Assembly (NCBI GenBank): GCA_027483175.1
Contig: JAIXVE010000214.1
Span: forward strand, 23,893 to 87,892
DNA from: Verrucomicrobiaceae bacterium
Lineage (GTDB): Bacteria; Verrucomicrobiota; Verrucomicrobiia; Verrucomicrobiales; V1-33
Direction: 5' to 3'
Length of the DNA: 64,000 nt
A model generated the notes under the pieces. The model did no database searches. It was not told the origin of the DNA and saw nothing but the letters and a program-made list of their open reading frames with translations. The position numbers and the translations under genes were made by a program. Of this stretch, positions 16,029 through 25,000 are shown piece after piece (the stretch's first letter is position 1; the number at the start of each line of letters is the position of its first letter).

Positions 16029-19000
16029 TCAATCCCCTCCCACCCTTTTTCCCTCTACCCCATCCGGAATCTTCGCCAAAACCGCCTCCAGCTCCGCTCG
16101 CAAAGCCGCCCCAATCGGCGCACCCGCCAGCTCCACTCCCTTGTACCGCGTCTCCACCGGCCGCCGCGGATCGGAAAAATCATAGCGCCGCAAGGTGCAG
16201 TACTCCCCAATCCACAACTCCCTCGCCCCCTTCGTCATCGTCGCCGCCCACGTCCCCTCACCATCCGGCAGCGCAATCTTGTGCACGACATTGTCCTTCC
16301 CCTCCTCAAAACCAATCAGGCTCGCCTCATTGCTCACCCGTCCCTTCTCCAGCCGTCGGCTCACCGAGAGTCGGACCGCTCCGGATAATTGGTAAGTCCC
16401 CGGGCCACTCACCACCCGCTGACGCAACGCCGCCTCAGGAACATCAGGAAGCACACGGAACTTCGTGCGTCCGGCATAAATGAAATCAGCCTCGACCTTG
16501 CCGTGAGGACGCCTCGATAGCAGGGTCGCGAGATTCTGTAGCGCCTCCGGCGATCGGTCCGCCGCAAAGGCCTCTCCCTCGGCCGCACTCGGCGCAGTGC
16601 CGTAAAGATCACTAACCACACGGTACAGCAGCACCTCGCGCTCCTTCACGTCGGACGGCAATGGCAACTCGCGGTTTAGCCGCTCTGTGATGCAATCCAA
16701 CCACCACTCAGGCTCCGGAGCGGTTCCAGAAAATAGACAGAGCCCCGAGTGATGGAGTGTGACTTCATCCCCCGGACTGCAGTGCATCCAGGCAAGCGGG
16801 CGGCCTCCCATCCAATCATCCCGCTCCTTGTCCTGCCTGCCAATCACAATTCCTAGCCCCCCAGTGCTGTGTTCAATGAACTCACCCGGTTCGAGACGCC
16901 AGATCTGTGCCCGGCTCAAGTTGCTGCACCCCACATGATCAACCCGGACCTTGCTCCCGTCGGAAAGCGTCGCAGCAGGCGGCCACTGCTCATAACTGTC
17001 TTCGCTGAAGCCCTCAAAAACCACCGGCTCGCTGCCGGAATTGTGAATCAGGATCCGGGCCGACACCACAGTGCCCGGCCGATACTCCGCAACACCCGGC
17101 TCCAGCACATAGGCCATGCGCAGGCCGCTCGCCAGCGGTGCGCCCCATGCAACCTTCTCAAGGGACGCAGGCAACGGTGCACCGGAACGCGGTGTCCGCG
17201 CGCCAAGTTGTCGCCATGCATTCTTCAGCGGAATCTCACTAACTTCCGCGATGTCATCCATCAGCGCCATCGCATCCACCGCCTTCCAGTCGCGCAACTC
17301 CCCAAACCGCTGCACCAGCACCTTCAGCTTCTCCGCCACAACCTTGCCCGCAGCATCGTCCCCATTGGCCTGGATGAACTCCTGCACCTTGTCAGAAAGC
17401 ATTGCCATCAGCCCGCCGGGAACGTCGCCGTTTCGCCGCAAGCTGTCATTCCACATTTTGAAAAGCGCCCGCGACGTCTTGTTCCTCAGCGGCGGCCCGC
17501 CCTCACGCACCGCTCCGCGTGTCTCCCCCGTCGTCAGCTTACCCTTCCACGCGCCTTCCGGAACATCCCGCAGCTCCAGCGCCGCACGCCAGCTCTCCAG
17601 CGAATCCTTCCGGATGCCTTGAATCAAGTCCGCCGCCGCATCGGCACCACCCCGGTTCAGCATCGGTAGATACACCACCGCCCGAGGCTTCAGTGCCACA
17701 TCGGTCATCGTTGGCTCGTCATCGGTCACCGCTGACAGCAGCTTTCCCGAAGCACTCAGAAACAAGGTTCGCAGGCGCTCGCCTTTCCTGACATCCGCCA
17801 CCCGCAGCGGCGCATCCGAAACATTCTGCAGCACAAGGGTAATCCACTCCGGCTTCCCCGCACCCGGCGCCCGAATCATGATCGCCCCCCTCAACCCATC
17901 CACCGGCTCGCCCCAGTCCAATTGCGCCTCCGTGGCTTCATCCAGCGTTTCACCCCACACCATCGGCTCCGCAGAAACCCGGTTCAGCCACGCCGGATCA
18001 CGCCCTCCGCAATCAGGATGCGCACTGTAGTACTGCACATAGTGCTCCGGAAAGAGGCAGGCTCTCGTCAGCCAGAACTCATGCCAGAATTCATAACCCT
18101 CGCCATCACCACCGACGTGCTTTTCCATCAGCGGGATCGACCGCTCCCACTCATCAACATACGCTAGAACATCACCGATCCGCATTCCTGCCGCGTCTCC
18201 CTTTTCCGTCGCTGCCAGCCGCTCCAGCAGCGCATCCAGAGCCATCGTGTTTCCATTCACCCCATAATCATAGGCCTTCAGCGCCGCCTCGGTTATGGCA
18301 TGCGTCCTCAGCGTGGCATCCTCCAGCAGATGGCGGAATCCCGTGTCCTTCGCCGCTCCAGCCAGCTTCAGCAGAAAGGCAATCCGCTGCAGCACTTCAT
18401 CCCGGTCTCTCTGTTCAGGCCTCGTTCCCGCTAGCAGGGCCAGCTCCGCTCGATCAAATGGCAGCGACTGTGGATAGCTGTCCGGCGTGCCTCCAAACTC
18501 CGCCGCAAACACCTTCCGGCTGTCAAAAGCAGGCCCCACCGGCTGCGCCGCCGCCACCATCACCAGCGGTGCAGTGCTCAGCGTCCCCTTCCACGCATTC
18601 GCCGGACCATGCCCGAACGACAGGGACGCCGTCAACCCAGCCACCACCGCCCCATCCGCCAGCTTCCCGCTCGAATAACCCACCGCCCGATTCGGGTCCG
18701 CACTGCGGCTGTCCGGCCCCAACTCTCCGATCAACACAGACATCAGCGTCATCACCACCGCATGCCTCGGCGGCAGCACGAGGTCGTTAACCGCACTCAG
18801 GATGTCCACAATATTCTGTCCCACATCCTTCTCCGTCCCATCGGCAAAGACAATCTTCGGCGCCGCTCCCGCCACGGGACTCTCGCCGCGGAATGTCACC
18901 GGCTGCTCACTCACGTTCTGCACCACCACGTTCAAATCAATCACCGTCCCCGGCTTCGCATCCCCTCCCGGCGAAACCCTCACCAATGCCGCGCGCACCC

Positions 19001-22000
19001 CATTCACCGGCTCACCCCACGCCAGGCGACCCTCAACGTCACTATCAAGCAGCACCGCCTCACGCGAAACCCCCGGGACCTCCGACGGCCGCTTCGTCAG
19101 CTCCAACCCGCTGATTCTCGGCAGAAACGGTGCCGCACTCGTGTGCGGCCAGATCTCCACCTGCAACCCGCCCCCGGCCCCGCGCGACACCCTCCCGCAT
19201 GGCACCCACTTTTCAATCCCGTGCAGCATCATCACATCCAGATGCGTCGCCATCACCCCGGGCGAAACCTTCAGCGTCGCCGTGGCGAAACCCTCACCAT
19301 TCCTGATCACCCAGCTCACATCGTCACCAAAACGCAACGCCACACTGACCCCATCCTTGCTCCCGGTCCACACACCGCGGCGCGACTCCGGATCCAGTCC
19401 CGACGCCTTCGTCGCCTTCTCCTGATACCGCGCGAACTGCTCCGGATACAGCACACTCCGCTGCTCCCAGAACAATCCATACGATTCCCCCGCCGCCCCG
19501 TCCGCTCCCCTCGCAAAATGCTTCTCGTGCGCCGCCAGCGTCAGCTCCCATTCATCAATGAACCCAAACGGCACCGCCGCCTGCACGTCCCCCGCAGGCC
19601 CGTTCGCCAGCTCGTCCAGCAGAAACTGCAGCGCCTCCCGATTCCCGTTCAGCGAATAATCATACGCCGCCAGCGCCAGCGCTAGGCTGTGATACTCGTC
19701 ATCCTTCCGCTTCAACTGATCATCCTTCAGCAGCGACTGCAACTCGCCCGTCTTCTCCACCGAGGCCTGCAGAATCATGAACATCAGGCGACGCACCTCA
19801 TCGCTCTCCAGCTTGGCCTTCGCCGCCAGCTCCAGAGCCTTCTCAGGCACAAACGGATCATCAAGCTCATCGTACGCCGGGAACTTGCCCCAATCGACCA
19901 CACGCCGCGCTCCGGCCCCAGATGCCCGCTGCTGCTGCCCGGTCGCCGCAAGCTCACCGAATGCCTGCTTCATCGCCCCACGCAATGGCTCCGGAATATC
20001 ACCAATGCTCCCAGACTCAATCCGCACTTCCTTCACCGCCCCCGGATCCGTGAACTCATAACGTCTCACCAGACCGTTCTCAATAACCCACAACTCTCCC
20101 ACTCCTGGAATCCAGCCCATCCCGTAAACCCGCGCTCCCTCCGGCAGCGTGATAACGTAAGGCTTGTGCACCGATTCCTTCTTCGGATCCGGCCCGAAAA
20201 AGAGGATCTCCGCCGAGTTCACCCGCCGATCACCTTCAGTCACCTGACGCACCTGCAGATGCACACCGTCACCTAGCACATAACGTCCCGGCGCACTCGC
20301 CACCCGCGGCCGCTTCGGCGCTTCCGGATCCGCAGCAACCACGCGGAACTTCGTCTCGCCCGTCGGCAGCTTGCCAGACCATGGCTTCACACTGCCATCA
20401 CGCTCGGCTCGCTGCTTCACCAACCGTCCCGCAAGTTTCTCCAGCGCATTCGATGCATCGTCAGCCACAAACGCCGCGATCTCTTCCGCCGTCGGAAGCA
20501 CGCCGAGAATCTCAGGCGTCGTGCGACGGATGATCAACTCTCGATCCACCCTCCCTTCGGGCATCGGCGCAAACTGCAGAATCCGCCCGCGAACGTATTG
20601 ATCAATCAACTGCCCCGGGTCCTTCGGATCACCAGGCTTCGTCCAGCCTCCCTCAGCCGTGTCCACGCTGTGCGTCAGTATCACCGCATCCCCGTCCTTG
20701 GCCTCAATAATCGCTCCAACCGCTCCAGTGCTGTGCTCGTCCTTGTATTCGCCCGCACCGATCGCAATGCCATGCCCGCTCACCTCACAGTATTCGCCCG
20801 GCTCGAGGCGAAACTCCGACGTTGGCGTAATACCAGTAAACCACGTCGTCTTCACCGTAATCTCCGCGCCCTTCTCATCGCGCGCCGTGTGCCCATCGTC
20901 CTGATGCCATGTCGCCGTCTCAAAAACCATCGGCACCTTCCCCGCGTTGTGGAAAAGCACTCGCGCCTTCAGCACCGATCCTAGCGGGTATTGCTCCGCA
21001 CGCGGCTCCAGCAGCCACGCCGCCCTCAACCCATTCGCCGCAGGCGCACCCCACGCCGCACCCTCCAATTCCTTCGGCAGCGGCTCGCCCTGCCGAACCA
21101 CGCGCTCCAAAGAAGACTGCATCGCGTCGTCCGCCCAACTCACCGGTGCCGTCGCAATCGCCGCGATCTCATCCAGCAGCGCGACTGCCTCCGCCTGCGT
21201 CCAGTCCCGCGAAGCATCCAATCTCGGACGCAACGCCGCGAGCTTCGCAGAAACCTCGGCGTCGGTGATTTGCTTCACCGCCTCATCCGTCGTCCGCGCC
21301 AATCCTCCAATCAGCCCACCAGGTATCTTACCATCCGTCCGCGCACCCGCCTGCCACTTCCTGAAAAGCGACTTCGCCGACTCGTGCTGCGGCTTCACCG
21401 GCGCGGCACCCGCTGGCGCTTCCGGAGTTGGCTCCACCGCCGCCGTCGCAACCGTCAACGGCAACGACTTGGCAGTGACTTTCCCCGTCCATTCAGCGCC
21501 CGCGTCCTTCGCCACCGGTGTCTCCTGATAATTCCGGTACTCCAAATGAATCCCATACGACCCCGCGGGCACCGCTAGCCGCGGGTTGTGCTCCTTGCCT
21601 TCCTTGTGCGCCGCGCGACTCGCTTCCTCCGGCGTAGCATGCGCTTCCAGATCGAACGCCGCCACTTTCACAGCGGTCCCGACCGCCAGCTCATAATGAC
21701 GGTAGCCGGTCACCCCCGGACTGAATGGATAAATGGCGCGGTATACCTTTCCCGCCGCATCGCTCAGGGAAATCTGCACCACGGGATTATGCACGTCAGG
21801 CGCGCTCAGCTTAACCGGCGCACCACTGTCATTCCGCAGATAGACGGCCACGGGCACCGACTTCCCGATCTCAAGGCTCGCCCCCCCGGACAGGCCTGAG
21901 ATACCAAGGCTCAGCCCATCCGGCCCCGCCGTCCAGACGACCCCCACATCCGCGCTCACCGTTTCTCCCGGCTGATACCTTTTTTCCACCAGCAACGGCC

Positions 22001-25000
22001 GCGTGCGCTCCCATTCAAGTCGGGTGGAATGGAAAAGCCCGTGCATCCATGCGTAACCCATGCGCGCCTCTGGCGTAAGCTCCTTCGGTCCATTCTCATC
22101 CTCGATCGACGCACCAATCATCGCGTGAAACACCGCGTCATAGTCAAACGGCGACTGCGGAGCCTTCAAGTCAGTGAGCAGACGAAAAGCACAGTCACGA
22201 ATGCTGCCCCGCCCATCGGCAATCATGTGACGCAGCATCTCCAGACCTTCAGTGTTCGGCATCTCCGCCAGCCTCGCCCGAAGCAACTCCGCCAGGCCAA
22301 GCTCGATCACCGGATTACCGTCCGCCGGACCGTACGCCCTGCCACCGCTCTCGATGAAGAAGCCGCCACCTTTGTGCGGAACCTTCAGGACCGCGCCTTG
22401 TGACAGGGCCATCTCAAAAAACCCACCATCAATCACGGCCGCACCTACCTCGTTAGGCAGCCTGCGGAAATCAAAGGGCTCCATCGTTGCCGGAGGCAAC
22501 TGCAGCACCGCACGCACCCCCGCCGGAATGTCCCCCCGGCCTCCTGCCGCCTGCTCCAGCGTCCACTTCCCGTTCTCCGTCAGGTTCTCCTTCACGATCA
22601 GATGGGTGATCCCGGACGCATCCTTGACCCACAGTCCCTTCCCTCCCACCGCCCATGCCGCCACGTACTCGCCATCGGCCGCAGGAATCTTCCAATCGCG
22701 GCTCCCATCCTCCCAAGGCCCACCTGTCTGCGACATGTTGGGATACCCTTTGTAATGACGCAGCCTGATGACGCCTTTGTCGAAGGCGATCATGTACTGG
22801 CTTCCGAACGCCTCGCTATCTCCCGGATTCGCCGTTTTCACCTGCTCATCCGCCAGCCGCAGCGGCACCGCAGCAGACGTCAGCACACCGGTCCATTCGC
22901 CCAGCCCCGGCGCTCCGCGGGGATCGCCGAAGTGAAAGTTCATCGGGCGGCCCAGAAACTGCCCGATGCCGTGGGTAAGTTGCAGCGTGTACTCACCCGG
23001 CAGCACGGTAAACCCGTGAGCCAACATGTCCATGCCTCCCGGACTGGAGCCGTCTTTCTCCGCCATGGTCGTGCGCATCGGGCCGGACCCCAGCTCAATG
23101 TAGTGGCCAGCCGCGAGTCTCACGCGATCGAAGAACCCCTGCCACGGATAGCCCCTCTGGTGAGGGAACTTCTTTCCATCGGCCTTGCGCACGAGTTCGC
23201 CGCCCACTCCTTCATTGAAAACCTGAGTCGTGCTGAAGGCCATCGTTTTGCCACTGTCGTTGCGGATATACTGTTTCACTGGCAGCGTCTGCCCCACCGG
23301 ATACGCAACACCCGGCTCCAATCCGCCGATCCCCAGCCGCAACCCGGCTTCGTTCGCCTCGCCCCACACAATCTTGTCAGCAGCGGCATCCAGCGGCTTG
23401 CCCGATTTGAACTCGCTGTCAGGCACCACCACGCGACTGGATTCCCAACGCGCCCGGTCGTCACACGACGCATACCATGCCGTCACGGCCGCCGCCGCCT
23501 CAGTCAGCGCCGCGGGCGAATCAATCGCCGGCACCTTGATCCCCGCAGGCACCTGGAAGACATCGGCAGAGAACTCAAGCTTTTCGAAATGCACAAAGAA
23601 CACGCGCCCCCGGCTGAGATCAAAGCGGGAGACGGGATAGCCGCCGGCTTTGAGATCGAGGAAGCCGGGCGCGTCTTCCGGCCATGTGTAGCGAATCGTA
23701 ATCGTCTTGTCCGATGTCGCCACATCCATCGTCAGACCTCCCTCACGGCTGGTCGAATCCGGCAACACCGTGAGCGCCCGGCCTGTTAGTATAACAATCG
23801 GCTCATGCCCATCCTCCCGCAACACCAGAGCCGCGGACTTGCCGTCCGTCACAGGCTGGACTGCCGCCGCCGACTTCGGCTCAGGTGCCTTCCCTTGTCG
23901 CGCCCGCTTTACCTCATCCATCGCCATGTCCCCAATCTTCACCAGGTCCTCCTTGGTCCGCATCACCATCGAACGCCCTGTCTGGAAAGGCTCGCCAGCA
24001 TCACCCAGGACGAAGACGCGCCCGGTGCTCAACGCGTATGCTTTGCCGTCGAGATACAGCGCCCCCGGCTCGTCGGACGTGTGCTTCACCGCGATGACGC
24101 GCTTATCCACGTTCTTACCCGCCGCCGCCGTCAGCTTCGAGTCCACTAGGTGAATGTTCCCCTCAATGCTCCACGTTCCGCTCATCGGCGAAAAACTCTC
24201 ACCGATCCCCGTCGAAATGAAGCCCTCATGGACAAGGACAAACCTCACATCCTTCTCCGTCTGGTAGGCCACTGCCGCATACTTGTCGTTCCACAGATGC
24301 GTCCGATCCGGCGGCCCCGCCTCGCCTGTCTCAGAAGCAGGAGGCGCAGCCCTTCCTAGAATCTCTGCCAGCGACTCGGCAGCGACCCCAGCAATGTCCA
24401 ACTGCCGCTTCACTTCGTCACGGAACTCGACAGGCACAACGGTCGCGGGCAAGTCGGTGACTTTAGCAGGATCATTGTAATCTATCTTCCGTGCGCCGCC
24501 TTTATGAAGTAGATAGAAGAATCCCTCCCCCGGTCGGCAGACGATGGCCCATGTACCCCAGCCATCGGGGATCTCGATTTTGTGAGGTTTCGGCGGAAAC
24601 CTTCCAGTCGCCACAGCAGCTTCGAACAGGATCTGCGCATCATTTGCCCGCCGATCTCCAACGGGCCGCCCAACAATCTTCAGCGTCACCGCGCCGCGCG
24701 CCACCGTCCCTCCACTCAACGGATACTCGCCAGGTCCGAGCACAACCCGCGGGGTTTTGTCAGCAGTGCCCGGATCAGCCGGAAGCACGCGGAACTTCAC
24801 CGGCACAGTGGGCAGCGAGCCTGAAAACTCGACCCGATCCACTCTCGCGGCTAGGCGCTGCACAAGGGCATCGAACGCGCCATCACTCTGGTCAGCGGCA
24901 AAGGCGGCAATCTCGTCAGCCGTAGGCGTTGTCGCGAACAGATCGCGCACAGCCCGGTCGAGGAGGTGAGTGCGCTTGGCACCACTGGAAGGCAGCGGCA